Source: Caldivirga maquilingensis IC-167
GTDB taxonomy: Archaea; Thermoproteota; Thermoprotei; Thermoproteales; Thermocladiaceae
NCBI RefSeq assembly: GCF_000018305.1
Contig: NC_009954.1
Location: forward strand, 540,001 to 572,000
DNA: 32,000 nt
Direction: 5' to 3'
Below are positions 9,350 to 16,777 of this stretch, in pieces. The position numbers and the translations under genes were made by a program. Positions within the stretch are counted from its first letter, which is position 1; each line of letters starts with the position of its first letter. The notes below the pieces were generated by a model, which searched no databases, was not told the DNA's origin, and saw nothing but the letters and a program-made list of their open reading frames with translations.

Positions 9350-9356
9350 TTATAAA
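9350..9356 (-). promoter_or_regulatory. TATA box for the H/ACA-like sRNA
   Basis: On the minus strand CTTTATAAGG lies 24-30 nt upstream of the first stem nucleotide (9326). Confidence 0.45.
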
Positions 9357-9438
9357 GATTCCCAGTAATGGCATCCATAATGAGTCAGCCTCGATACGTG
9401 GATACGTGGTTTAAGTAAGCTAAGACCTTAGGTAAAGG

Positions 9439-9446
9439 TTATAAAG
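9439..9446 (+). promoter_or_regulatory. TATA box for rps19-rps17 operon
   Basis: TTATAAAG lies 23-30 nt upstream of ATG 9469. Confidence 0.55.
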
Positions 9447-9468
9447 GTGAACCTATATTGGGTTAGTA

Positions 9469-10032
9469 ATGTCTAAGAAGCCTGAGGGCAAGGTTGAGGC
9501 TAAGCCAACTGCTAAGGCAACTGAAGCCGCCGCGGCAGCTGCGCCTGCGGCTGCTGGTGCGGAGGAGGAGAGTAGTGCTGAGGCTGGTAGGAGAGGCTGG
9601 ATAATGCCTACTCCAATCCCCCAGGAGGAGTGGAAGAACTTTAAGTACAGGGGGTTTACCTTCGATGAATTAATGAAGATGCCTATGAATGAGTTCATTA
9701 AGCTCCTCCCAGCCAGGCAGAGGCGAACCCTTAAGAGGGGGTTGAGGCCATGTCACAGGCAGTTGCTTGAGAAGATTAGGAAGGCTAAGGCCTTCGCGGC
9801 TAAGGGTAAGAGTATACCAGTTAGGACTCATTGCAGGGACATGATTATACTGCCTGAGATGGTTGGTTTAACCATATTTGTTTACAATGGTATAACCTAC
9901 ATTCCAGTACCAATATCACCATGGCATATTGGGCATTACCTAGGTGAATTCGCAATAACCACTAAGATAGTGCAGCATGGTGAACCAGGTTTGAAGGCAA
10001 CTAAGTCAACACTACACATAGCTGCTAAGTGA
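9469..10032 (+). CDS. rps19: 30S ribosomal protein uS19 (S19p/S15e) with about 45-aa low-complexity N-terminal extension
   Basis: The core from residue 46 (…[19 protein letters not shown]…[13 protein letters not shown]…[26 protein letters not shown]…[21 protein letters not shown]) is unmistakably uS19/eS15-like. TATA position favours the long form. The alternative start is ATG 9604. Confidence 0.9.
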
Positions 10033-10043
10033 GGTGAGTGCCC

Positions 10044-10502
10044 ATGGCTCAATCCAGTAGACTCGTGGTTGAACTTCAGGAGAGACCGAGACCAGGGGAG
10101 GTTATTATGCTGCCCAATGGTGAACGGGTTAGGGTTAGGCACATTGGGGTGCCGTGGCTTCTCCCGCCCAAGGCGGTTTGTAATGATGATAAGTGTCCAT
10201 GGCATGGTCACGTTAAGGTGAGGGGAACAATACTTGAGGGTAGGGTTGTGAGTGTTTACATGGGGCAGGTGGTTATTCAGCATGAGTGGCTGCATTACTC
10301 ACCCAAGTATAAGAGGTATATTAGGAAGAGGAGGAATATTCATGCTCACCTACCGTCATGCATTAAGGTTAACGTTGGCGACTACGTTGTAATAGGGGAG
10401 ACTAGGCCACTGGCTAAGTTCATATCCTTCGTTGTACTTGGTAAGAGACCTGATGACGTAACCTCAGTTAACCCAGAGGTTAAGGAGATCCAGCAGCAGT
10501 AA
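10044..10502 (+). CDS. rps17: 30S ribosomal protein uS17
   Basis: CNDDKCPWHGHVKVRGTILEGRVVSVYMGQVVIQHEWLHYSPKYKRYIRKRRNIHAHLP...GDYVVIGETRPLAKFISFVVLG matches archaeal uS17. ATG 10044 is preceded by a Shine-Dalgarno-like GAGGTGA (10031-10037), so I prefer it to the track GTG at 10038. Confidence 0.9.
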   Translation: MAQSSRLVVELQERPRPGEVIMLPNGERVRVRHIGVPWLLPPKAVCNDDKCPWHGHVKVRGTILEGRVVSVYMGQVVIQHEWLHYSPKYKRYIRKRRNIHAHLPSCIKVNVGDYVVIGETRPLAKFISFVVLGKRPDDVTSVNPEVKEIQQQ

Positions 10503-10516
10503 TGTTAAACCTTAAT

Positions 10517-11392
10517 TCAACCGGCTAATCTCCTCAACTCCTCGGTGTAATCAGGTAGAGGCTTCATACCCTCGCCGCTAACCCCCTTAGCCAACTCCCT
10601 AATTGCCTTATTTAACCCAGGTATGACTAAGTCTGGTTCAAGCTCAAGTAAAGGTAGGGTTAGGAAGGGCCTACTACCTATCTCCGGGTCAGGTAAGGTT
10701 AATTCATTACTCTTAATTATTAAATTACCGTAAAGTATTAGGTCTAGGTCAATGACCCTTGGGGCATACTTATCACTCACCCTAACCCTACCCATCTCAC
10801 TCTCAATCCCCCTTAACGCGCTCTTAACCGATACTGGGCTTAGGGCTGTTTCAGCCTCTAATACGCAATTGTAATAGGGGGGTTGGTTATCTGGTATTGG
10901 TTTAGTTAAGTAAACCGTGGATACCCTTAATGGACCGAGAATCCTCCTAACCCTAATAACAGCTTCCCTAACATTGTACTCGGGATTAATGTTTGAGCCA
11001 ACGGCTATGAATACCTTAGCCAATTTACTCATCCTCCTCCTAAAAACCTCCACTGCAGCCGCCTCGGCACCGGTTAATGCACCCGGTTTCTCAACCCTAA
11101 CCTTAACCATCCTAACCCTATGATCCTGCAGGCAAACCTTAGCCAACCTATCAGCAAGGGTTTCAATTAATTTAAAATCACTACTACTAACGTATGAGAT
11201 TAACTCATCCTTAAGAACCTTATAATCAACCGTGCATTCAATGGAATCCTTAGCAGCCCCCTCACTTAAGTCAGCCCAAGCCTCAACATTAATAACCACA
11301 GGCTGGGGCCTTGCCCTCTCACTGGGCTTCACCCCAATGATTGTATTAACCTTAAGCCCCCTAATCTCTATCTTGAATAAACCCATGCTCAT
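10517..11392 (-). CDS. folB/folK: Bifunctional dihydroneopterin aldolase / 6-hydroxymethyl-7,8-dihydropterin pyrophosphokinase (FolB-FolK fusion)
   Basis: The N-terminal half IEIRGLKVNTIIGVKPSERARPQPVVINVEAW...TVDYKVL...LIETLADRL is FolB-like. The C-terminal half VFIAVGSNINPEYNVREAV...YYNCVLEAET...LRGIESEMGRVR...RVIDLDLILYG...LTLPDPEIGSRPF is HPPK-like. Confidence 0.8.
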   Translation of the reverse strand: MSMGLFKIEIRGLKVNTIIGVKPSERARPQPVVINVEAWADLSEGAAKDSIECTVDYKVLKDELISYVSSSDFKLIETLADRLAKVCLQDHRVRMVKVRVEKPGALTGAEAAAVEVFRRRMSKLAKVFIAVGSNINPEYNVREAVIRVRRILGPLRVSTVYLTKPIPDNQPPYYNCVLEAETALSPVSVKSALRGIESEMGRVRVSDKYAPRVIDLDLILYGNLIIKSNELTLPDPEIGSRPFLTLPLLELEPDLVIPGLNKAIRELAKGVSGEGMKPLPDYTEELRRLAG

Positions 11393-12135
11393 TCATAAAC
11401 CACCCTGGGCTTAAGATGCTCCCCACCGTCAACATATATTACTTGACCAGTTACGTAACTACTCTTAAGCAGAAACACTACGGCGTGGGCGACATCATCA
11501 GGTGATCCACGTCTCCTTAAGGGGACTTGATTAACCATAGCCTCTATGCGTTCAGTATTCTCATCCTTAGCTGGAAGTATAATGCCGGGGGCGACGGCGT
11601 TAACGGTTATCCTTGGGGCTAATTTAAGGGCCAGGGATCTTGTTACTGCATTAAGCATGATCTTGCTTAGGTAGTAGGCGTACCTCTCGAAATTATACCC
11701 ATCCACTATTGAGTCCAGTACATTAACTACCTTACCTTCATTAACCATACTAGCGAACCTCAGGGTAAGCATTAATGGTGCCCAGGCATTCACCTGCATG
11801 ATCCGATTTAAGTCACTAATGCTTAAGTCGCTTAACCCTATCTTAGGGAATACTGAGGCATTATTAATTAGGAAGTTAACCTCACCGGCCTGCTTAAAGG
11901 ATTCATTAATTAATTCATTAACCTCACTGGGCTTGGATAAATCCGCTTTAATAATCCATGATTCAACCCCTAAACCATTAATCTCCTCCTTAACCTTAAG
12001 GGCCTCCTCCATGGATGAATTATAGTGAACCACCACATTAACCCCCTCCCTAGCCAGGTAATTACAAATCACCCTACCTATTCTACTTGAGCCACCAGTC
12101 ACTAGGGCTGTCTTACCTTTAATTGAATCCACCAT
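11389..12135 (-). CDS. Short-chain dehydrogenase/reductase (possible pteridine reductase)
   Basis: TGGSSRIG cofactor motif, NNAS, and the catalytic YYLSK (Y-x-x-x-K). Its stop overlaps the folB/folK start by 4 nt. ATG 12135 is preferred over the track TTG at 12141 because a TATA-like AATAAATAT is centred about 25 nt upstream. Confidence 0.8.
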   Translation of the reverse strand: MVDSIKGKTALVTGGSSRIGRVICNYLAREGVNVVVHYNSSMEEALKVKEEINGLGVESWIIKADLSKPSEVNELINESFKQAGEVNFLINNASVFPKIGLSDLSISDLNRIMQVNAWAPLMLTLRFASMVNEGKVVNVLDSIVDGYNFERYAYYLSKIMLNAVTRSLALKLAPRITVNAVAPGIILPAKDENTERIEAMVNQVPLRRRGSPDDVAHAVVFLLKSSYVTGQVIYVDGGEHLKPRVVYE

Positions 12136-12323
12136 AACCAAGCCTACTAGGTGTACTCATATTTATTCCGCTACTAGTAATGCAGTAACTAGATGCTGCT
12201 TCACAATGAGTTAATTCATCATTCAAATATACCCCTTGACAATGCATTGAATAATGGGAATAGAAGGGAAATGTAATGAGGCATTTAGCTATTGTGAGAA
12301 AGGTTTTTAATCCCTAACATTAC

Positions 12324-13328
12324 ATGAAGCATATGGATTGGGAGTTGGTTAAGCTTAGGTTATCCATGGCTGGTGTAGCAGTAGTCATAATAGGACTTGG
12401 ATTAGCAATAGCCCTGGGAGTATTGGCATCAGTCACCAGGTCTTTTGCAGCCACAGTATATACAATAACCGGTATACTGATATTCATAATGTTCATAAAT
12501 ATCATACAGTGGCTCTTCGGCCCATACATTATAAACGCCATGTACCATGCCAAGGAGGTTAGCCCAGATGACCCCAAGTACGGTTGGTTAGTTGACATAG
12601 TTAATGAGGTTGCTGAGGCTAATGGCATTAAGACACCTAAGGTCTACATTGCTGAGGCACCCTTCCCAAACGCCTTCGCCTATAGTAGCCCAATAGCAGG
12701 TAAGAGGGTTGCTATAACCGCTCCATTGCTTAAGATACTGAATAAGGATGAGATTAAGGCTGTCCTAGGCCATGAGTTAGGTCACCTGAAGCATAGGGAT
12801 GTGGAGTTCCTAATGTTCATAGGCCTAATACCAGCGTTAATATACTGGCTTGGCTACAGCCTGTGGTTTAGTGGAATATGGGGCTCATGGTGGGGTGGCG
12901 GACGCAACTCTGAATCACCATTCATATTAATGTTAATCGGCCTAGGCCTATTAGCAGTAAGCTTCGTCTTCAACCTCTTCCTACTAGCCCTCAACAGGAT
13001 GAGGGAAGCCTACGCTGACGTAAATTCAGCGATAACAATACCAGGCGCCGCTAGGAACCTGCAGAGGGCTTTAGCTAAAATATACTTAAGCGTTGACCCA
13101 AGGGTTAGTAAGGTTATTAGGAGTAATGCTGGATCTAACCTAAGCCACATGCTATTCTTCTCACCATTACCGAAGGATTGGAAGGAGATTCCTGAATCAG
13201 ATGTTGATGAGTTAATCGAGTACTGGAGGAATTATAAACCATCGGTGCTTGAGGAGTTATTCTCAGATCACCCGCATCCAGCTAAGAGAATTAGACTCCT
13301 TGATAAGTACGCTACTGAGGGTTACTGA
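12324..13328 (+). CDS. htpX: M48-family zinc metalloprotease HtpX homolog
   Basis: Four TM segments, the HELGHLKHRD zinc motif (HExxH), and a downstream E in REAYAD. Confidence 0.85.
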   Translation: MKHMDWELVKLRLSMAGVAVVIIGLGLAIALGVLASVTRSFAATVYTITGILIFIMFINIIQWLFGPYIINAMYHAKEVSPDDPKYGWLVDIVNEVAEANGIKTPKVYIAEAPFPNAFAYSSPIAGKRVAITAPLLKILNKDEIKAVLGHELGHLKHRDVEFLMFIGLIPALIYWLGYSLWFSGIWGSWWGGGRNSESPFILMLIGLGLLAVSFVFNLFLLALNRMREAYADVNSAITIPGAARNLQRALAKIYLSVDPRVSKVIRSNAGSNLSHMLFFSPLPKDWKEIPESDVDELIEYWRNYKPSVLEELFSDHPHPAKRIRLLDKYATEGY

Positions 13329-13339
13329 GTTTAAATTCA

Positions 13340-13345
13340 TTTTTT
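13340..13345 (+). terminator. Oligo-T tract between convergent htpX and ctaB
   Basis: TTTTTT begins 12 nt after the htpX stop. Archaeal termination commonly uses oligo-T. Confidence 0.4.
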
Positions 13346-13360
13346 AAAATCCACGTTTCC

Positions 13361-14221
13361 TCAAATCCTTGATATTATTACGGCTAGTAGGAATAGTAGT
13401 AGGATTGGGCTCGTGGCCTTGAACATTGTCCTGAAGGATTCATTACTCGGCTTAATAAGGGCCTTAATGGTTACTATGATTCCTGCAAGTGTAGCCGGTA
13501 TAACTAGGATATAGCCTATTAACTTAGCCATGTATAATTGGTAAAGCACCAGCATGTATATTATAGATACTAGGTTAAGTATGGATATTATTCTTACGCT
13601 TGCCTTCTCATTAACCATGGTGGGTAGCATGGGTACGTTAACCCTCTTGTAATCATCCCTAGCGTAGTAGGCTAGTGACCAAATATGGGCTGGGATCCAA
13701 ACATATATCACCATTGATAGTAATATAGACTCCAGGTCAATGGGCTTAGCCATAATCCACCCTGAGAGTAATGCGGCATTCCCCGCGAAGCCGCCGATCA
13801 CTATGTTTAACCATGTCCTCCTCTTAAGCATTATGGTGTATAGAACTGCGTAGAAGAACCAACCTAGTGCAATCATTAAGGTTACCCATGATCCAAGCCA
13901 AAGGTAAGATAAGGTAAAGCCGCTGAGGCTTACGGCTATTGAGAACGTTAAGGCGTTTAATGGAGTCACTTTACCACTGGGTATTGGACGCTTCATTGTC
14001 CTAACCATTAGGCTATCGATATCTCTCTCATAATACATGTTGAAGGCTGCTGAACCACCCGTGGATAGGAAACCCACCACAGTTAATTCAATTAACTTAA
14101 TGGGGTTCACCAATGGGCCTGCAGCAGCAATGTAACCAACTAATGCCGAGAGCACCAGTAGCCATATTACGTGGGGTTTCATTAGCTTCAGGTACTCGTT
14201 AATCATACGTCTAACACTCAT
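13361..14221 (-). CDS. ctaB: Protoheme IX farnesyltransferase (heme O synthase), UbiA family
   Basis: The N-terminus YLKLMKPHVIWLLVLSALVGY is typical of CtaB/CyoE. There are 8-9 TM helices and an Asp-rich loop YYERDIDSLM. Confidence 0.85.
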   Translation of the reverse strand: MSVRRMINEYLKLMKPHVIWLLVLSALVGYIAAAGPLVNPIKLIELTVVGFLSTGGSAAFNMYYERDIDSLMVRTMKRPIPSGKVTPLNALTFSIAVSLSGFTLSYLWLGSWVTLMIALGWFFYAVLYTIMLKRRTWLNIVIGGFAGNAALLSGWIMAKPIDLESILLSMVIYVWIPAHIWSLAYYARDDYKRVNVPMLPTMVNEKASVRIISILNLVSIIYMLVLYQLYMAKLIGYILVIPATLAGIIVTIKALIKPSNESFRTMFKATSPILLLFLLAVIISRI

Positions 14222-14270
14222 GCGGGTTATTAAAATACCTTACTCGATTGAAATAGGTGAATTAGATTAC

Positions 14271-14837
14271 TCATGTGAGGAATTTATTAAGCCTAAATGG
14301 CCTAATGTACTCCAGGAACTCTAGTCTAAGTGAGGAATCATTGAACTTACCCTTATAGGCCATTGAAACAAGGGGTGATGCACTCCTAACACCTCTAATC
14401 ATCATGCAGGTATGGTATGCCTCGGTGAGAACCATGACATCCCCAGAACCTGTGGCTGAGGAAACCTCATTCATTATCTGCCTAGTCAACCTCTCCTGTA
14501 GTTGAAGCATCCTGGAGTACTTAACCACTATTCTAGGTATTTTACTCACTCCAATAACCTTATCACTAGGTATGTATGCTACGTGAGTCACCCCAAGCAT
14601 TGGCAGTAGGTGATGCTCACAGAGTGTTGAGAACCTTATACCAGCCACAATAACCATGTTACTAGACCCCTCAAAGAGAGTGTACTGGACATTTTCCTCA
14701 CGGCCGTTAGTCAACTCCTCAAGCATGTTGGCAACCCTATCAGGCGTCCTCCTCAACCCCTCTCTCTCAGGGTCCTCACCAATGGCTACAAGTATCTGCT
14801 TAACTGCCTGCTTAATCAAGGCCTTATTAACACCCAT
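14271..14837 (-). CDS. folE: GTP cyclohydrolase I (FolE type IA)
   Basis: STLCEHHLLPMLGVTHVAYIPSDKVIGVSKIPRIV...LQLQERLTRQI matches the FolE active-site region CEHH...H..Y.P...v.GlSK..R.v......rlQ.QErLt.qi. The TATA-like TTTAAAAAA (14862-14870) is centred about 27 nt upstream. Confidence 0.9.
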   Translation of the reverse strand: MGVNKALIKQAVKQILVAIGEDPEREGLRRTPDRVANMLEELTNGREENVQYTLFEGSSNMVIVAGIRFSTLCEHHLLPMLGVTHVAYIPSDKVIGVSKIPRIVVKYSRMLQLQERLTRQIMNEVSSATGSGDVMVLTEAYHTCMMIRGVRSASPLVSMAYKGKFNDSSLRLEFLEYIRPFRLNKFLT

Positions 14838-14896
14838 AGAATCAAGCCTTCACAGTATTTCTTTAAAAAACTCACCAGCAAATGAATTTCAATCTA

Positions 14897-15049
14897 TTAC
14901 TGCTCAGCGAGTTTAAGTAATTCCCTCCTCTTAGCCTCAATGTACTCAATAATCCTACCCTTAGCGTCCTGAACCCTTACGCTAACCTGCTTCTTAGCCT
15001 CCTCAAGCCTACTATTAGCCAACTCCTTAACCTTACTTGAAACACTCAT
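14897..15049 (-). CDS. Small coiled-coil protein, 50 aa, hypothetical (below ORF-track cutoff)
   Basis: My translation is MSVSSKVKELANSRLEEAKKQVSVRVQDAKGRIIEYIEAKRRELLKLAEQ*. A TATA (AATTTATATAAG, 15071-15082) lies 22-33 nt upstream. An oligo-T tract (complement of 14865-14870) lies downstream. Confidence 0.4.
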   Translation of the reverse strand: MSVSSKVKELANSRLEEAKKQVSVRVQDAKGRIIEYIEAKRRELLKLAEQ

Positions 15050-15169
15050 AGGTGGCTCCTAAATGGGATGCTTATATAAATTACCTTAATTAAGCTAACA
15101 TTAGAGTTAACCTAAGCCCCATTACCCCAGTGCTAATAGTTATAATGTATTCTAAATTAACTTAAACCC

Positions 15170-16378
15170 ATGGATCCCTGCATGATTAGTAGGGGTGTAA
15201 GCCTCGTTGACTTAGCGGATAAGTACGATACCCCATTAATAGTCTATGACCTTAACTTAATTGAGGGAAACTACAGGTCCATTAAGGATTCCCTCAACGC
15301 TAAGGTCCTCTACTCCATTAAGGCTAACCCAAATCTAGCCATACTTGCATTCCTCAGGAGGCTTGGTTCAGGGGCTGATGCAGCATCACCAGGTGAAGTA
15401 TTTTTAGCGCTTAAGGCTGGTTTTAAGCCAAGTGAAGTACTCTACACTGGTGCATACTTATCGAACAATGATATTAAGTACGGTATAGACTCAAGGGTGG
15501 TACTTAACTTCGACTCGGTGAGGGCTTTTGAGAGGGCTATGGCTTTAGGCTATAGGCCTAGGTTAGTTTTCTTTAGGATTGACTTAGGCTATGGGGAAGG
15601 CTTCACACCCGGTGTCACATTGGCTGGTGAGGAGAGTAAATTCGGCATGTTCCTTAATGACGCCATTAAGGCCTATAGGCTAGCTAAGTCAAATGGCGTT
15701 AAGGAATTCGGCATACACGCAATGATGGGTAGTAATGTGCTTAACCCAGACTACTTCCTTAAGATAGCTGAATTACTTAAGGAGCAGGCCAAGGTAATAG
15801 AGGGGGAGGTTGGCATTAAGATAAGTTACTTCGACATGGGCGGCGGCTTCGGTATACCTTATAAGCCTGGTGAGAAGCCCCTTGACCTTAATAGGTTAAG
15901 TGCACTTAGGGGCTTCTTCCCCGGTGAACTATGGGTTGAGCCTGGTAGGTTCATTGTGGGTAACGCCGGTTACTTATTAACAAGGGTTACTGAAGTTAAG
16001 AAGAAGGGGAATCGGACGTATATTGGTGTTGACGTAGGCATGAATGTTTTAATTAGGCCAATGCTCTACAATGCATACCACCACATAATTACATGCAATG
16101 AGGGTGAGGGCAGTGAGATTGTTGATGTGGTTGGGCCAATATGCGAGAACACTGATAAACTAGCCATTAATAGGGAGTTACCTAGGGTTAAGGAGGGGGA
16201 CTTACTGGTGATACTTAATGCTGGAGCCTACGTGTACTCAATGAGCAGTAACTACAATGGTAGGTTAAGGCCGGCGGAAGTAGTGGTCTATAATAATGAA
16301 CACGCAGTGAGCAGGTTTAGGGAGACCTTGGATTCATTAACCATGCTTCAAGTCATCCCAAGCTTCATTCAGCAGTAG
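15170..16378 (+). CDS. lysA: PLP-dependent Orn/DAP/Arg decarboxylase family 2, diaminopimelate decarboxylase-like
   Basis: PLP-lysine motif YSIKANP, glycine loop DMGGGFGIPY, EPGRFIVGNAG, and GPICENTD...GAYVYSMSSNYNGRLRPAEVVV (LysA-like CE..D rather than the ODC-like CD). TATA-like TAGTTATAAT is centred about 27 nt upstream. Confidence 0.65.
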   Translation: MDPCMISRGVSLVDLADKYDTPLIVYDLNLIEGNYRSIKDSLNAKVLYSIKANPNLAILAFLRRLGSGADAASPGEVFLALKAGFKPSEVLYTGAYLSNNDIKYGIDSRVVLNFDSVRAFERAMALGYRPRLVFFRIDLGYGEGFTPGVTLAGEESKFGMFLNDAIKAYRLAKSNGVKEFGIHAMMGSNVLNPDYFLKIAELLKEQAKVIEGEVGIKISYFDMGGGFGIPYKPGEKPLDLNRLSALRGFFPGELWVEPGRFIVGNAGYLLTRVTEVKKKGNRTYIGVDVGMNVLIRPMLYNAYHHIITCNEGEGSEIVDVVGPICENTDKLAINRELPRVKEGDLLVILNAGAYVYSMSSNYNGRLRPAEVVVYNNEHAVSRFRETLDSLTMLQVIPSFIQQ

Positions 16379-16638
16379 AAACGAACCCCCTTTAAACCCT
16401 GTATTCTTCATATAGATAGGGGAGACCCATTAAATAGCCTACTAAGCATTCTTAAAGTGCAACCAATGACGATGGAACAGATAATGAGAATAATTGAGAG
16501 GAACAAGTTAGACGCAGAGATCCTGGATTCTTTAAAGGGAATGACTAAGGAAGTGGTCTTCCATGATATTAAATACCTCGTCTACTCCGGTGATCAATAA
16601 CTTCAAGGCATGATCGCAAGCAATATATTAGACCATGA

Positions 16639-16661
16639 ATTAAGTTAATCATTAACTTAAT
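16639..16661. repeat. Perfect 23-bp AT-rich palindrome
   Basis: ATTAAGTTAAT-C-ATTAACTTAAT. The arms are exact reverse complements. Confidence 0.8.
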
Positions 16662-16692
16662 CCATAACAATAGTAATGACACTTGTGATACT

Positions 16693-16747
16693 TATCAGCG
16701 TGAGACAAGGCTCCTCACTACTCAGTTGCTGCCACGCATCATCACTC
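16693..16747 (-). ncRNA. C/D box sRNA (2'-O-methylation guide)
   Basis: The minus strand reads:
- C box GUGAUGA (16745-16739)
- 13-nt guide UGCGUGGCAGCAA
- D' box CUGA (16725-16722)
- GUA loop
- C' box GUGAGGA (16718-16712)
- 13-nt guide GCCUUGUCUCACG
- D box CUGA (16698-16695)
The architecture is symmetric, the guides are GC-rich within AT-rich spacer, and a TATA lies about 27 nt upstream. Confidence 0.8.
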
Positions 16748-16770
16748 ATCAACTTACTAACCCTTAATGC

Positions 16771-16777
16771 TTATAAG
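16771..16777 (-). promoter_or_regulatory. TATA box for C/D box sRNA
   Basis: The minus strand reads GACTTATAAGC, centred about 27 nt upstream of the nucleotide preceding the C box. Confidence 0.55.

Noticed and set aside
9202-9350. Possible miniature (type T) RNase P RNA next to the RNase P protein gene. On the minus strand GGUAAGGGUGA resembles the bacterial J11/12 string, and GUGGCUUAAG resembles the CR-V GGCUUA.
   Set aside because: I could not find a CR-I-like GGAAAGUCC segment, or any 5' strand able to pair with the GGCUUA region to form P4. The GGCUUA lies within the rnp1 promoter and start region. The similarities are short and best treated as coincidence. The hairpin is reported instead as an H/ACA-like candidate.
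9368-9418. A 16-codon ORF (MASIMSQPRYVDTWFK) and an 8-bp tandem duplication GATACGTG-GATACGTG (9393-9408) upstream of rps19.
   Set aside because: The ORF is too short and has no properly spaced promoter. The duplication is real but too small to interpret. No C/D or other RNA motif fits on either strand.
12170-12222. A canonical ATGATGA on the minus strand of the SDR-htpX spacer.
   Set aside because: No CUGA D box lies within 30-50 nt downstream; only CUGC is found.
16376-16600. The lysA-like TAG stop is followed in the same frame by 74 sense codons. They include a 44-codon ATG ORF (16466-16600: MTMEQIMRIIERNKLDAEILDSLKGMTKEVVFHDIKYLVYSGDQ), which could suggest read-through or recoding.
   Set aside because: The decarboxylase already ends with a complete family C-terminus. 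Frame coincidence has a 1-in-3 chance. No recoding signal is visible. The small ORF has no well-placed TATA box or SD, so it is kept only as a very weak possibility.
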